64,000 nucleotides of DNA from Escherichia coli (GTDB lineage Bacteria > Pseudomonadota > Gammaproteobacteria > Enterobacterales > Enterobacteriaceae). Positions 9,771 to 20,649 of this stretch are shown here, one piece after another (the first letter of the stretch is position 1; the number at the start of each line of letters is the position of its first letter). The notes under the pieces are model-generated. The model did no database searches and was not told the origin of the DNA. It was given only the letters and a program-made list of their open reading frames with translations. Location of the stretch: NCBI RefSeq assembly GCF_013315695.1, contig NZ_CP054354.1; one strand, 5' to 3'. The translations under genes were made by a program, and so were the position numbers.

Positions 9771-9794
9771 GTTCTCATCTCCCTTTTCTTTATG

Positions 9795-9810
9795 CTGTAT
9801 GTTTATACAG
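9795..9810 (-). promoter_or_regulatory. LexA (SOS) box CTGT-N8-ACAG upstream of impC
   Basis: ctgtatgtttatacag at 9795-9810, 25 bp upstream of the impC start. Confidence 0.75.
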
Positions 9811-10164
9811 TATTCTAATAACTGAATCCGCACACAGTCAAATGTCATTGTTGTGACTAAAAAACGCTCAATTCTCTGAGTGTGTGGCTGTATGCCTGCT
9901 GTGGGCTGCTGTGTCCAGCTTATCCACAGCATTTTGTGCACGGTTCTGTGGACAAAATACCTGGTTACCCAGGCCGTGCCGGCACGTTAACCGGGCTGCA
10001 TCCGATGCAAGTGTGTCGCTGTCGCCGGCCTCCTCACCCGGTCACGTTTCGTCGTTCCTCCTCCACGCGCTGCGGCTTCGGGGCCGCACCTGCATTCGTA
10101 TGCGGTCGCCCGGTAACAGGTGCGGCACGGCCTGATGGAGGCCGCATGTGAGAGGAGAATTCCC

Positions 10165-11091
10165 ATGCCAAACTGGTGCTCGAATCGTATGTATTTTTCT
10201 GGTGAACCGGCACAGATCGCTGAGATTAAACGACTGGCCAGCGGTGCAGTCACACCGCTTTATCGCCGCGCTACAAATGAAGGTATTCAGCTGTTTCTGG
10301 CCGGAAGTGCCGGACTTCTGCAGATCACTGAAAATATCCGCTCTGAGCAGTGCCCCGGAGTGACGGCTGCCGGACGTGGTGCTGTATCACCGGAAAATAT
10401 CGCGTTCACCCGCTGGCTGACACACCTGCAGAACGGTGTACTGCTGGATGAGCAAAACTGCCTGATGCTGCATGAACTCTGGCTGCAGAGCGGTACTGGA
10501 CAGCGTCGCTGGGAAGAGTTACCGGATGATGTCAGGGAAACTATCACTGTGCATTTCACCGCAAAAAGAGGTGACTGGTGTGACATCTGGGGTAACGAGG
10601 ATGTATCGGTGTGGTGGAACCGTCTGTGTGACAACGTACTGCCGGAAAAAACCATGCCGTTTGACCTGCTGACGGTTTTGCCGACCCGCCTGGATATTGA
10701 AGTGAATGGCTTTAACGGCGGTGTTCTGAACGGTGTTCCTTCTGCATATCACTGGTATACAGAACGGTATGGCGTGAAGTGGCCTTGTGGGTATGACCTG
10801 AATATCAGCAGTCAGGGGGAAAACTTCATTCAGGTAGATTTCGACACGCCGTGGTGTCAGCCGGAAAGCGACGTTGTTGCAGAATTAAGCCGCCGTTTCG
10901 GCTGCACGCTGGAGCACTGGTACGCCGAACAGGGCTGCAATTTCTGTGGCTGGCAGTTGTATGAGCGCGGAGAGCTCGTTGATGTGCTGTGGGGGGAACT
11001 GGAATGGTCTTCCCCGACAGATGATGATGAGCTGCCGGAAGTCACCGGACCTGCGTGGATAATCGACAATGTGGCGCATTATGGCGGATGA
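10165..11091 (+). CDS. Conserved hypothetical leading-region protein (~308 aa)
   Basis: ATG at 10165 follows GAGGAG (10152-10157); ORF track start 10120 has no RBS; Trp/Cys-rich. Confidence 0.6.
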   Translation: MPNWCSNRMYFSGEPAQIAEIKRLASGAVTPLYRRATNEGIQLFLAGSAGLLQITENIRSEQCPGVTAAGRGAVSPENIAFTRWLTHLQNGVLLDEQNCLMLHELWLQSGTGQRRWEELPDDVRETITVHFTAKRGDWCDIWGNEDVSVWWNRLCDNVLPEKTMPFDLLTVLPTRLDIEVNGFNGGVLNGVPSAYHWYTERYGVKWPCGYDLNISSQGENFIQVDFDTPWCQPESDVVAELSRRFGCTLEHWYAEQGCNFCGWQLYERGELVDVLWGELEWSSPTDDDELPEVTGPAWIIDNVAHYGG

Positions 11092-11103
11092 AGTATGACG
11101 GAG

Positions 11104-11130
11104 ACGGGCGGGCAACCGCCCGTTTCTTTT
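11104..11130 (+). terminator. Putative rho-independent terminator
   Basis: Stem acgggcgg / ccgcccgt with loop gcaa, followed by ttcttttcc. Confidence 0.4.
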
Positions 11131-11475
11131 CCGACAAAGGATGTCGCCGTGCTCCTCTTTTTACTGCGCCGGCTGACGCGGCGCGGCATAAACGCTGCCT
11201 GTGGTCAGTGTCCCGCGTCCGGCCGGGCACGGGACGGGCGCTTTTACCGCTCCCGGCTGGCGTCGGTGACAGTGTACGCCAGCCCGTCGCCCTTTTCTGA
11301 TGAACGCCCTTCAAGCCGCTTTCGCGGCATAGCCTTGCCGTCAGAAAGACGACGGCTGCGGTATTCCACGGTCGGCCTGACCCGTTACCGGACGCGGTGA
11401 ACAGCCCACAGGCAGCGGGGAACGGGCACCACAGGGGTGCCCTCCCGGTGCCCTCTGTAAGAGAAGGAGTTTGGT

Positions 11476-12159
11476 ATGTCCCGTTTTGTCCTCGGTAACT
11501 GCATCGATGTTATGGCCCGTATCCCTGATAACGCCATTGATTTCATCCTCACCGACCCGCCGTACCTCGTCGGTTTTCGTGACCGTCAGGGGCGTACCAT
11601 TGCCGGCGATAAAACCGATGAATGGCTGCAACCGGCCTGTAATGAGATGTACCGCGTACTCAAAAAAGACGCGTTAATGGTGAGCTTCTATGGCTGGAAT
11701 CGCGTCGATCGTTTTATGTCTGCCTGGAAAAATGCGGGATTCAGCGTTGTTGGTCACCTGGTCTTCACCAAAAACTACACATCGAAGGCCGCATATGTGG
11801 GCTATCGCCACGAATGTGCCTACATCCTGGCAAAAGGCCGTCCACGTCTGCCACAAAACCCGCTGCCGGACGTGCTGGGCTGGAAATATTCGGGCAATCG
11901 CCATCACCCGACGGAAAAGCCCGTTACCAGCCTGCAACCACTGATTGAGAGCTTCACACATCCGAACGCGATTGTGCTGGACCCGTTTGCAGGCAGCGGA
12001 TCAACCTGCGTGGCCGCTCTTCAGTCCGGACGCCGGTATATCGGTATCGAGCTGCTTGAACAGTATCACCGTGCCGGACAGCAACGACTGACCGCCGTGC
12101 AACGGGCCATGCAGCAGGGGGCCGCGAATGATAACTGGTTTGAACCGGAGGCTGCGTAA
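11476..12159 (+). CDS. Orphan DNA N6-adenine methyltransferase
   Basis: 227 aa with DPPY motif (ILTDPPYLVG) and AdoMet-binding FAGSGST; AAGGAG RBS; no adjacent restriction gene. Confidence 0.9.
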   Translation: MSRFVLGNCIDVMARIPDNAIDFILTDPPYLVGFRDRQGRTIAGDKTDEWLQPACNEMYRVLKKDALMVSFYGWNRVDRFMSAWKNAGFSVVGHLVFTKNYTSKAAYVGYRHECAYILAKGRPRLPQNPLPDVLGWKYSGNRHHPTEKPVTSLQPLIESFTHPNAIVLDPFAGSGSTCVAALQSGRRYIGIELLEQYHRAGQQRLTAVQRAMQQGAANDNWFEPEAA

Positions 12160-12381
12160 ATGAACTATGCCGGACACGAAAAACTTCGCGCCGACGTGGC
12201 GGAGGTGGCCAACACCATGTGTGACCTTCGGGCCAGGCTGAACGATATGGAGCATCGCTGTCGCTTTGATTCCGATGTGCTTGTTGAACGCCTGACACGC
12301 CAGACGCTGTATCGCGCCAATCGCCTGTTCATGGAAGCGTATACCGAAATTCTGGAACTGGATTCCTGCTTCAAAGATTGA
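12160..12381 (+). CDS. Hypothetical leading-region protein (73 aa)
   Basis: ATG immediately after the methylase stop (taaATG). Confidence 0.5.
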   Translation: MNYAGHEKLRADVAEVANTMCDLRARLNDMEHRCRFDSDVLVERLTRQTLYRANRLFMEAYTEILELDSCFKD

Positions 12382-12394
12382 GAAGGAGACGAGA

Positions 12395-12829
12395 ATGTAC
12401 GGAACATGCGAAACGCTCTGCCGGGCGCTGGCAGCAAAGTATCCGGGAGATACGCCGCTGATGCTGGTTATCTGGTCCCCGGAAGAAATTCAGGCCCTCG
12501 CTGACGGAATGGATATTTCCCTGTCCGATCATGAAATCAGGACTGTCCTGGCGCGCCTGGAGGACATCCCGGAAGACCAGCGGACTGAATCCGGTATTTC
12601 TTCCGGTGCGGCGATGGAGATCATCAATAACGTGAGAGAAAACCGCCAGGTGACCGTCCCTGCTGAACTGCTGGCGTCCCTGATTCAGACCGCCGAACAG
12701 GCACTGTGGAAACGTGAGTGGGCCGCCCGTGATAACGGCCTCGCCGTCCCGGAATGCGTCACCCGCCGACAGGCGGTGGTTAATCAGGCCCGCGCCCTGC
12801 TGAAAAACAACACACGCGAAAACGACTGA
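12395..12829 (+). CDS. Hypothetical leading-region protein (144 aa); paralogue of 14532-14954
   Basis: RBS gaaggagacgaga-ATG; shares N-terminal MY.T..E and central HVTVPA segment with the 140-aa protein at 14532. Confidence 0.6.
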   Translation: MYGTCETLCRALAAKYPGDTPLMLVIWSPEEIQALADGMDISLSDHEIRTVLARLEDIPEDQRTESGISSGAAMEIINNVRENRQVTVPAELLASLIQTAEQALWKREWAARDNGLAVPECVTRRQAVVNQARALLKNNTREND

Positions 12830-12873
12830 TGTTATCGCCGCCTGCGGGCGGCGATTCAGGGAGACCATGAATC

Positions 12874-13644
12874 ATGAACGAAACGCTGAATGCACTGATT
12901 TGTCGCCACGCCCGTAACCTGCTGCTGGCGCAGGGCTGGCCGGAAGAGACGGATGTTGACCAGCGTAACCCGAAGTATCCGGGCTGGATCAGCATTTATG
13001 TTCTGCTGGATGCGCCCCGGCTGGCGACGTTACTTATCAACCGTCACGGCGGCGTACTGCCGCCGCTCCTGGCCTCTGCCATTCAGAAACTGACCGGAAC
13101 CGGGGCGGAACTTGTTCTGTCCGGCAGTCAGTGGCAGTCGCTGCCGGTACTTCCGGCAGACGGAACGCAGGTGTCTTTCCCGTATGCCGGAGAATGGCTG
13201 ACCGAAGACGAAATCAGGGCAGTTCTTGATGCGGTGCACGATGCGGTACGCAGTGTCAGTTGCCGGGTGGCAGAAGATGCGCGGCGTATCAGGGCGGCGC
13301 TGACCACAACCGGTCAGACGTTGCTGACCCGCCAGACGCGCCGCTTTCGCCTGGTTGTGAAGGAAAGCGATCACCCCTGCTGGCTCGATGAAGACGACGA
13401 AAACCTGCCCGTGGTGCTCGATGCCATCCTGAACCGGGGCGCTCGTTTTTCGTCGGTGGAAATGTATCTGGTCAGTGAGTGTGTGGAGCATATCCTGTCC
13501 AGTGGGCTGGCCTGCGATGTGCTGCGTATACCTGATGAACCGTCCCGTCGCTGGTTTGACCGGGATATTCTGCGGGAGGTGGTCCTGGAAGCCCGGACTG
13601 AAATCCGCAGCATGGCGGATGCACTGGCGAAAATCCGGAAATGA
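12874..13644 (+). CDS. Hypothetical leading-region protein (256 aa)
   Basis: Long ORF with backbone-like codon usage, no competing frame. Confidence 0.6.
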   Translation: MNETLNALICRHARNLLLAQGWPEETDVDQRNPKYPGWISIYVLLDAPRLATLLINRHGGVLPPLLASAIQKLTGTGAELVLSGSQWQSLPVLPADGTQVSFPYAGEWLTEDEIRAVLDAVHDAVRSVSCRVAEDARRIRAALTTTGQTLLTRQTRRFRLVVKESDHPCWLDEDDENLPVVLDAILNRGARFSSVEMYLVSECVEHILSSGLACDVLRIPDEPSRRWFDRDILREVVLEARTEIRSMADALAKIRK

Positions 13645-13700
13645 TGACGCTGGCGGGGAAAAATCTCCGCCTTTTCCAGCCGGTCCCCGGAAAGAGCAAA

Positions 13701-14040
13701 AGGATGTCGCCGCAGGCTCCGCTTTACCCGGCCATGCGGGGCATGGCCTTGTGGGTTTTCAGTTATGTGGCCTCAGCGCCGTGTGCGGGCTGTGCCGTGC
13801 CTCCATCGTAGCCGGGCTTCTGCGGGCGGGTTGCAAGGTAAGGTGAACCGCTGCGGTCACCCGGTCCCTCCTTCCCGTCTGCCGTGATTTTCCGGTCGTT
13901 CACCCGCTCAGATTTCGCGGTCTCACCCTTCAACTCCCGTCAGCCGTGCGCGTCAGGCTGCGGCTTCCCTTGCGCCCTTGCAACCCTGCAGGCCCGGCAA
14001 AGATGGAGGCACGGCACCGCCCGGTGTCGCGGAATATGTG
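13701..14040. repeat. GC-rich ~340-bp non-coding element, family A copy 1, immediately upstream of klcA
   Basis: Near-identical to 20650-20992; contains palindromes such as gccatgcggggcatggc; no supported ORF. Confidence 0.7.
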
Positions 14041-14059
14041 AACAACGGAGGAAAACATC

Positions 14060-14485
14060 ATGCAATATGCGAAACCTGTCACTCTGAACGTTGAAGAGTG
14101 CGACCGTCTGTCTTTTCTGCCTTACCTGTTTGGCCTGGATTTTCTGTATGCCGAAGCGTCTGTATACGCGCTGGCGAAAAAAATGATGCCGGAATATCAG
14201 GGAGGCTTCTGGCACTTCATCCGCCTGCCGGACGGTGGCGGTTACATGATGCCGGATGGCGACCGTTTCCACATGGTGAACGGTGCAAACTGGTTTGACC
14301 GTACCGTGAGTGCTGATGCCGCAGGCATCATCCTTACCTCCCTTGTGATTAACCGCCAGTTGTGGCTGTACCACGACAGCGGGGATGCAGGGTTGACACA
14401 CCTGTACAGGATGCGTGATGCGCAGTTGTGGAGCCACATCGAATTTCACCCCGAATGCAACGCGATTTACGCGGCACTTGACTGA
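14060..14485 (+). CDS. klcA: Antirestriction protein, KlcA/ArdB family
   Basis: 141 aa; FLPYLFG...[21 protein letters not shown]...SADAAGI matches the KlcA/ArdB pattern from memory; RBS aacggaggaaaa. Confidence 0.8.
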   Translation: MQYAKPVTLNVEECDRLSFLPYLFGLDFLYAEASVYALAKKMMPEYQGGFWHFIRLPDGGGYMMPDGDRFHMVNGANWFDRTVSADAAGIILTSLVINRQLWLYHDSGDAGLTHLYRMRDAQLWSHIEFHPECNAIYAALD

Positions 14486-14531
14486 TTAACGGACGGGGCG
14501 GCAATGCCGCCCCTGTAAAGGAGACGAGAAC

Positions 14532-14954
14532 ATGTACTGTACTGTTAAAGAAATCATCCGCGATGTACTGGATACAGACGTGCCGGACAGTGAATGCGTT
14601 TTTGCCGTGGTGCTGACCCGTGGGGATGTGCGTCACATAGCCCAGGACTGGAACCTGTCAGACGATGAGCTGGAAACCGTCATGCAGCGACTGGACGATG
14701 CCTTTGAGCATGGTGCGGATGTCAGCGTTGTTCACGACGTTGTTCGTGAACTGATGGAAGAAAAGCGCGCCAGCCGTCATGTGACAGTCCCGGCGGTGAT
14801 GCTGGAAAAAGTGATGGCGCTGGCAGGCAGTGAAATGAAGCGCCTGTATGCCGTCGGGAGTGAGAACGGGGGCGACGGTGACGCATTCGTCAGGGAGGAA
14901 CGCGAAGCAATGGACGTTGTGTTACAGGCGCTGGACGGGGAGACGATGTCATGA
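14532..14954 (+). CDS. Hypothetical leading-region protein (140 aa); paralogue of 12395-12829
   Basis: RBS aaggagacgagaac-ATG nearly identical to that of 12395; acidic. Confidence 0.6.
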   Translation: MYCTVKEIIRDVLDTDVPDSECVFAVVLTRGDVRHIAQDWNLSDDELETVMQRLDDAFEHGADVSVVHDVVRELMEEKRASRHVTVPAVMLEKVMALAGSEMKRLYAVGSENGGDGDAFVREEREAMDVVLQALDGETMS

Positions 14955-15142
14955 ATATCAGCACAGAAACCCGCGAAATTCTGCGTAATTACAGGGCCGT
15001 GATTAATGCGCGGCGTCGTGAAATGGGGCAGAAACCGCTCACCACCGCGCAGATTGTTGATGAAATCTGCGATTTTGTGGCGAATCAGCAGGCGGTTTTC
15101 CTGGGCGGTCACTACATCCTTCAGGGCAGCAGAAACAGGTGA
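14951..15142 (+). CDS. Hypothetical small protein (63 aa)
   Basis: Start overlaps upstream stop (ATGTCATGA). Confidence 0.4.
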   Translation: MNISTETREILRNYRAVINARRREMGQKPLTTAQIVDEICDFVANQQAVFLGGHYILQGSRNR

Positions 15143-15342
15143 TACAGGGGCAGGCGGTGGAGGCCGCCTGTCAGCCCGCGCGAAAACCCCTGGCAGGCTG
15201 ACGCCTGCCGGAAACGCGGGGTGCAGCGCCTGCGGCGCTGCCGGCCCGGCTTTCCGGTCAGAAGGTAGTGTATGGCTGTATGCAGGGAACAGGAGTGATA
15301 TTCCGTGACACTGTCACCGTTTCTGGCTGTCTTTTATTGCGC

Positions 15343-15905
15343 CCACTTCGGCTCCCGGCTGCCTGGCGGCATCCGGTCGTCAGGCCCGACTCCGACGGGC
15401 AGCTGCTGGCGCACCCGCCAGTCTCCGCCGAACCCGCTGGCGCGGTTTCGGGCTGCCGCTACGGTCCGATGCGTGAAAACCCGGGCTTGCAGCGACCGTT
15501 CCGGTCGCGCCGCCCCTGTCGCGCCGTGACCTGCGCTCCCTGCACACCTGACGGTGTGTGAGGAAACTGCGCCTGATGGCGCAGCAGTCCTCCCTCCTGC
15601 CGCCCCCCCTGCGGCCTGTTTCCCCGCTGTGGACTTTCCGGGGGGCAGACGTAACCCCCTCCCGTTCCATCTGTCCAGGGTGAGATGCACCGGCCACAAA
15701 ATTTTTAGCCATGAACCCGGCAAAAAATTTTGCGTCCGCCCCCGGACAGCTGCCCCGTGAGGCGGTAAACGGGCCCCCATCGGAAAGGTCCACTGCGGGG
15801 AGAAACCCCTGTGAAGTGGACGGCAGGAGGAGCTTTCGCTCCTCTGAAGGGGCACATGAACGTCCCGTCGCCGGTATCCGGTTTATCTCACATCTTTCAG
15901 TCAGG
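15343..15905. repeat. GC-rich ~560-bp non-coding element, family B copy 1 (Frpo/ssi-like), upstream of ssb
   Basis: Repeated at 21690-22240 and partially at 25230-25600; hairpins such as ctgcgcc-tgat-ggcgcag; ORFs here lie on both strands without RBS. Confidence 0.65.
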
Positions 15906-15913
15906 AGGTTCTT

Positions 15914-16441
15914 ATGAGTGCACGTGGTATCAACAAGGTCATCCTCGTCGGGCGTCTGGGCAATGATCCGGAAGTCCGTTACATCCCCAACGGGGGCGCA
16001 GTGGCAAACCTGCAGGTGGCCACATCAGAAAGCTGGCGTGACAAACAGACGGGGGAGATGCGGGAGCAGACGGAATGGCACCGCGTGGTGCTGTTCGGCA
16101 AGCTCGCGGAAGTGGCAGGTGAATATCTGCGCAAGGGTGCGCAGGTCTACATCGAAGGTCAGCTTCGCACCCGTAGCTGGGAAGATAACGGTATCACCCG
16201 TTACGTCACTGAAATTCTTGTTAAGACCACGGGCACCGTGCAGATGCTGGGACGTGCACCACAGCAGAACGCTCAGGCGCAACCGAAGCCTCAGCAGAAT
16301 GGGCAGCCACAGAGTGCTGACGCGACGAAAAAAGGTGGCGCGAAAACGAAAGGCCGTGGACGTAAGGCCGCGCAGCCAGAGCCTCAGCCGCAACCGCCGG
16401 AGGGGGAGGATTACGGGTTTTCAGACGACATCCCGTTCTGA
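15914..16441 (+). CDS. ssb: Plasmid single-stranded DNA-binding protein
   Basis: 175 aa; OB-fold N-terminus ([18 protein letters not shown]), Gln/Pro-rich linker, acidic tail ending DDIPF; AGGAGG RBS. Confidence 0.95.
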   Translation: MSARGINKVILVGRLGNDPEVRYIPNGGAVANLQVATSESWRDKQTGEMREQTEWHRVVLFGKLAEVAGEYLRKGAQVYIEGQLRTRSWEDNGITRYVTEILVKTTGTVQMLGRAPQQNAQAQPKPQQNGQPQSADATKKGGAKTKGRGRKAAQPEPQPQPPEGEDYGFSDDIPF

Positions 16442-16498
16442 TCGGGCTGACTGTGACAACCGCCCCGCCCTGTGCGGGGCATCACCGGAGATATGAGG

Positions 16499-16732
16499 AT
16501 GAGCGAATATTTCAGAATACTTCAGGGACTGCCGGACGGCTCCTTTACCCGCGAACAGGCGGAAGCCGTTGCCGCACAGCACCGGAACGTCTTTATCGAG
16601 GATGATCAGGGAACGCATTTTCGCCTGGTTGTCCGTCAGGATGGCACGTTGATCTGGCGCTCCTGGAATTTTGAGGACTGTGCCGGGTACTGGATGAACC
16701 AGTACATCAGGGATTTCGGGATTCTTAAGTAA
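16499..16732 (+). CDS. Hypothetical leading-region protein (77 aa)
   Basis: ATG at 16499 is 8 nt after GGAG (16487-16490); ORF track start 16472 is GTG without RBS. Confidence 0.5.
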   Translation: MSEYFRILQGLPDGSFTREQAEAVAAQHRNVFIEDDQGTHFRLVVRQDGTLIWRSWNFEDCAGYWMNQYIRDFGILK

Positions 16733-16790
16733 GAGAGGTGCCGGACGCGCGAACGTCCGGCAGGACATAAGCAATTATAAGGGGATGATT

Positions 16791-18749
16791 ATGCCTGTAA
16801 CGAAGTGTGAACCAGAAACCACCCGCAAAGCAAGCCGTAAATCTGTAAAAACGCAGGAAACTGTCCTGTCTGCCCTGCTGGCGCAGACGGAGGAAGTGAG
16901 CGTGCCGCTGGCCTCGCTGATTAAATCACCGCTGAATGTGCGCACGGTGCCGTATTCTGCGGAGTCCGTCAGCGAACTGGCGGAGTCCATTAAGGGCGTC
17001 GGACTGCTGCAGAATCTGGTCGTGCATACCCTGCCTGGTGACCGTTACGCTGTCGCCGCAGGCGGTCGCCGACTGGCAGCACTCAACATGCTGGCAGAGC
17101 GCAACATCCTTCCGGCTGACTGGCCTGTACGCGTGAAGGTCATTCCGCAGGAGCTGGCGACTGCCGCATCGATGACCGAGAACGGTCAGCGTCGGGATAT
17201 GCACCCTGCCGAACAGATTGCCGGATTCCGCGCAATGGCGCAGGAAGGCAAAACACCTGCACAAATCGGTGATTTGCTGGGCTATTCACCCCGCCACGTT
17301 CAGCGAATGCTGAAACTGGCAGACCTTGCTCCGGTTATCCTCGATGCGCTGGCAGAAGACCGCATCACCACAGAGCACTGTCAGGCGCTGGCGCTGGAGA
17401 ACGACACCGCGCGTCAGGTGCAGGTGTTTGAAGCCGCCTGCCAGTCGGGATGGGGCGGTAAACCGGAAGTACAGACCATTCGTCGTCTGGTGACCGAAAG
17501 TGAAGTGGCGGTGGCGGGGAACAGTAAATTCCGCTTCGTGGGGGCTGATGCCTTCTCGCCAGACGAACTGCGCACCGATTTGTTCAGCGATGACGGGGAC
17601 GGTTATGTCGACCGCGTGGCGCTCGATGCCGCCCTGCTGGAAAAACTCCAGGCTGTCGCAGAGTTCCTTCGGGAAGCCGAAGGCTGGGAATGGTGCGCCG
17701 GACGCATGGAGCCTGTCGGTGAGTGCCGTGAAGATGCCCGGGCATACCGCAACCTGCCGGAGCCGGAAGCGGTGCTGACGGAGGCGGAAGACGAACGTCT
17801 GAACGAACTGATGGCTCGTTACGACTCGCTGGAAAACCAGTGTGAGGAATCTGACCTGCTGGCAGCAGAAATGAAGCTGATTGACTGCATGGCGAAGGTC
17901 AGGGCGTGGACGCCGGAGATGCGTGCCGGAAGTGGCGTGGTGGTGTCCTGGCGTTACGGTAATGTGTGTATCCAGCGTGGTGTGCAGTTGCGCAGTGAGG
18001 ATGATGTGGCTGACGACGCTGACCGCACGGAACAGGGGCTGGAGAGCGCGTCAGTGGAGGAAATTAGTCTGCCGTTGCTGACTAAATTGACCTCAGAGCG
18101 CACGCTGGCTGTCCAGGCAGCACTGATGCAGCAACCGGACAAATCCCTGGCACTGCTGGCATGGACGCTCTGCCTGAATGTGTTTGACAGCAAAGCGCAT
18201 AGTAGTCCCGCCAGAATTCGCCTGGAATGTGAGCATTATGCGCTGACCAGCGATGCACCGTCAGGGAAGGAAGGTGCCGCATTCATGGCGCTGATGGCAG
18301 AACACTCTCGTTTTGCTGCCCTGCTGCCGGAAGGATGGGAACGGGATATGACGACGTTCCTGTCACTTAGCCAGGAGGTGCTGTTATCCCTGCTCAGTTT
18401 CTGTACCGCGTGCAGTCTTAACGGTGTCCAGACCCGCGAGTGTGGTCACACGTCACGCAGTCCGCTGGACTCGCTGGAAACCGCCATCGGCTTTCACATG
18501 CGCGACTGGTGGCAGCCGACAAAAGCAAACTTCTTCGGACACCTGAAAAAGCCGCAGATTATCGCAGCCCTGAATGAGGCCGGACTGTCCGGTGCCGCAC
18601 GGGACGCGGAGAAAATGAAGAAAGGCGATGCGGCTGAACATGCAGAGTTCCATATGAAAGACAACCGCTGGGTGCCTGGCTGGATGTGTGCACCACGTCC
18701 ACAGACGGATGCCACTGAACACACCGCTAACCTGGCTGATGCCGCCTGA
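16791..18749 (+). CDS. ParB-like nuclease-domain protein of the leading region (~652 aa)
   Basis: N-terminal ParB/Srx-like segment (GLLQNLVVHTLPGDRYAVAAGGRRLAALNML); alternative ATG at 16785. Confidence 0.8.
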   Translation: MPVTKCEPETTRKASRKSVKTQETVLSALLAQTEEVSVPLASLIKSPLNVRTVPYSAESVSELAESIKGVGLLQNLVVHTLPGDRYAVAAGGRRLAALNMLAERNILPADWPVRVKVIPQELATAASMTENGQRRDMHPAEQIAGFRAMAQEGKTPAQIGDLLGYSPRHVQRMLKLADLAPVILDALAEDRITTEHCQALALENDTARQVQVFEAACQSGWGGKPEVQTIRRLVTESEVAVAGNSKFRFVGADAFSPDELRTDLFSDDGDGYVDRVALDAALLEKLQAVAEFLREAEGWEWCAGRMEPVGECREDARAYRNLPEPEAVLTEAEDERLNELMARYDSLENQCEESDLLAAEMKLIDCMAKVRAWTPEMRAGSGVVVSWRYGNVCIQRGVQLRSEDDVADDADRTEQGLESASVEEISLPLLTKLTSERTLAVQAALMQQPDKSLALLAWTLCLNVFDSKAHSSPARIRLECEHYALTSDAPSGKEGAAFMALMAEHSRFAALLPEGWERDMTTFLSLSQEVLLSLLSFCTACSLNGVQTRECGHTSRSPLDSLETAIGFHMRDWWQPTKANFFGHLKKPQIIAALNEAGLSGAARDAEKMKKGDAAEHAEFHMKDNRWVPGWMCAPRPQTDATEHTANLADAA

Positions 18750-18803
18750 TGAACAACCACACCGCCCCGCCGGAGACGGGGCGGCAGCAAGGGAGATACC
18801 GTG

Positions 18804-19238
18804 ATGAAAACTGAACTGACCCTGAATGCCCTGCAGTCCATGAACGCACAGGAATATGAAGATATCCGTGCTGCGGGAAGCGATATGCGCCGTAATCTCA
18901 CTCACGAGGTGATGCGTGAAGTGGACGCACCGGCTAACTGGGTGATGAACGGAGAGTATGGCAGTGAGTTCGGGGGCTTTTTCCCCGTCCAGGTTCGTTT
19001 CACGCCAGCCCACGAACGTTTCCACCTGGCATTATGTTCGCCGGGAGACGTCTCTCAGCTCTGGATGCTGGTTCTGGTGAATGGTGGTGGACAGCCTTTC
19101 GCCGTCGTTCAGGTGCAACATATCTTCACGCCTGTCGCGATCAGTCACACGCTGGCGCTTGCCGCGACACTGGATGCGCAGGGATACAGTGTTAACGACA
19201 TCATCCATATCCTGATGGCAGAAGGAGGTCAGGCATGA
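18804..19238 (+). CDS. psiB: Plasmid SOS inhibition protein PsiB
   Basis: [27 protein letters not shown]...[34 protein letters not shown] matches F PsiB as recalled; GGGAG RBS 8 nt upstream; GTG at 18801 used by the ORF track. Confidence 0.95.
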   Translation: MKTELTLNALQSMNAQEYEDIRAAGSDMRRNLTHEVMREVDAPANWVMNGEYGSEFGGFFPVQVRFTPAHERFHLALCSPGDVSQLWMLVLVNGGGQPFAVVQVQHIFTPVAISHTLALAATLDAQGYSVNDIIHILMAEGGQA

Positions 19239-19954
19239 GCGCACGTTCACGGGCACTGATCCCCCTCAGCGCAGAACAACAGGCCGCCATGCAGGCGGTG
19301 GCTGTCACAGAACAACGTCGTCGTCAGGGACGCACACTTTCAGCATGGCCTTATGCCACCGCTTTCTTTCGCTGCCTGAATGGCAGTCGCCGGATTTCGC
19401 TGACCGATCTCCGCTTTTTTGCCCCTGCGCTGACGAAGGAGGAATTTCATGGCAACCGTCTCCTGTGGCTGGCTGCCGTGGATAAACTGATTGAAAGTTT
19501 TGGGGAAGTCTGTGTTCTTCCCCTGCCATCCGATGCGGGGCACCGTCTGTTCCCGTCCGTGCCTTTTCGTGAAGGTGAGCGTCGTCGTCAGAAAACCACG
19601 CTGACAGAGCAGAAATACAGCCGCCAGCGGGAACGTGAGGCAGAACGACGGGAACTGGAATACCAGACATGTTTTGCTCAGGCGCAGATTGACCTTGCGT
19701 TTCATACTCCCGCCACGGTCGGAAGCTGGTTGTCCCGCTGGTCTGGTGTTGTTGAGGAGCATGATCTGGAAACGATTTTCTGGGGGTGGTGCGGGCGTTT
19801 TCCATCACTGTCATCATTTGACCGGTTTTTCTGGCAGGAGGAACCACTCTGGCGGCTGATTTTTGAAGCCGGTGAGGCCGGTCGTGGTGCACCGGTACAG
19901 GTACGTGCACTTGAGCAGTGGATGATCCCGAACAAGCTGGAGAACGTAATATGA
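19235..19954 (+). CDS. psiA: PsiA
   Basis: 239 aa directly downstream of and overlapping psiB (ATGA), the conserved psiB-psiA arrangement. Confidence 0.85.
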   Translation: MSARSRALIPLSAEQQAAMQAVAVTEQRRRQGRTLSAWPYATAFFRCLNGSRRISLTDLRFFAPALTKEEFHGNRLLWLAAVDKLIESFGEVCVLPLPSDAGHRLFPSVPFREGERRRQKTTLTEQKYSRQREREAERRELEYQTCFAQAQIDLAFHTPATVGSWLSRWSGVVEEHDLETIFWGWCGRFPSLSSFDRFFWQEEPLWRLIFEAGEAGRGAPVQVRALEQWMIPNKLENVI

Positions 19955-20547
19955 TGAAATCAGACGAAAAATACCAGGTTCCCGCGTGGATGCGACCTCT
20001 GTTGCCGTTGCTCTGCAACACCGGGGGGAACGATCCGGAAGAACTGCTGAATGATACAGAAACCACTGCCAGTGCGAATGTTGTCCGTTATGTACTGATA
20101 GTTGCTGTGCGGTCGCAGGTTGATCTGCTGCAGCTTCTGTACAGGAAAGGGCTGTTGCGCACAGAGATACCAGGTGGCTTTTCACCGGAAGAAGCGCAGG
20201 CACTCCTGGATAATCTGGTGCGCAGCCATATCAGCAAGGCGCTGTCGGGCGAGCGAATGGCAGCCCGTGACAGAAATGCCGATCTGGCCTGGATTGGACA
20301 GCAACTGGTCGATGCCGCCTGGTTTGTCCGTGCCACACTGGAAGCGCATGGGATGAGCGTCGGAAATGAGAGTCCCCCTGCTCCGCCGGAGACAATGCCG
20401 GACATACAGACACGGGAACTGGTGATGTTGATCAAGCGACTGGCATCATCGCTGAAAGCGGTGAAACCGGACAGTTGTGTGGTGCGTGAAGCGCAGGACT
20501 GGCTGCGCGACAGAAAACTTGTGGATATCACAGATATTCTCCGGTGA
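19951..20547 (+). CDS. Hypothetical leading-region protein (198 aa)
   Basis: ATG overlaps psiA stop (ATATGA); ORF track start 19918 lies inside psiA. Confidence 0.55.
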   Translation: MMKSDEKYQVPAWMRPLLPLLCNTGGNDPEELLNDTETTASANVVRYVLIVAVRSQVDLLQLLYRKGLLRTEIPGGFSPEEAQALLDNLVRSHISKALSGERMAARDRNADLAWIGQQLVDAAWFVRATLEAHGMSVGNESPPAPPETMPDIQTRELVMLIKRLASSLKAVKPDSCVVREAQDWLRDRKLVDITDILR

Positions 20548-20649
20548 ACCAGGCATGTATATTTTACGCAGGGACATGCCGGTCATGATCGTTTCGTTCC
20601 AGGGGTGGTCTGGAGATCATGCGGTGTGCTCCCTGCTCTCGCCGGAATA

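Noticed and set aside
13030-14449. Minus-strand ORFs 13030-13491 and 13940-14449 and plus-strand 13475-13846
   Set aside because: Antisense to well-supported plus-strand genes or inside repeat family A; no RBS.
15334-15855. ORFs of 137-173 aa on the minus strand (and 15268-15561, 15554-15760 on plus) inside the GC-rich region upstream of ssb
   Set aside because: They lie within the family B repeat, occur on both strands, lack RBSs and have Arg/Pro/Gly-rich composition typical of GC-rich non-coding DNA.
19305-20066. 253-aa minus-strand ORF
   Set aside because: Antisense to psiA and the downstream gene; no RBS; psiA identity is strong.
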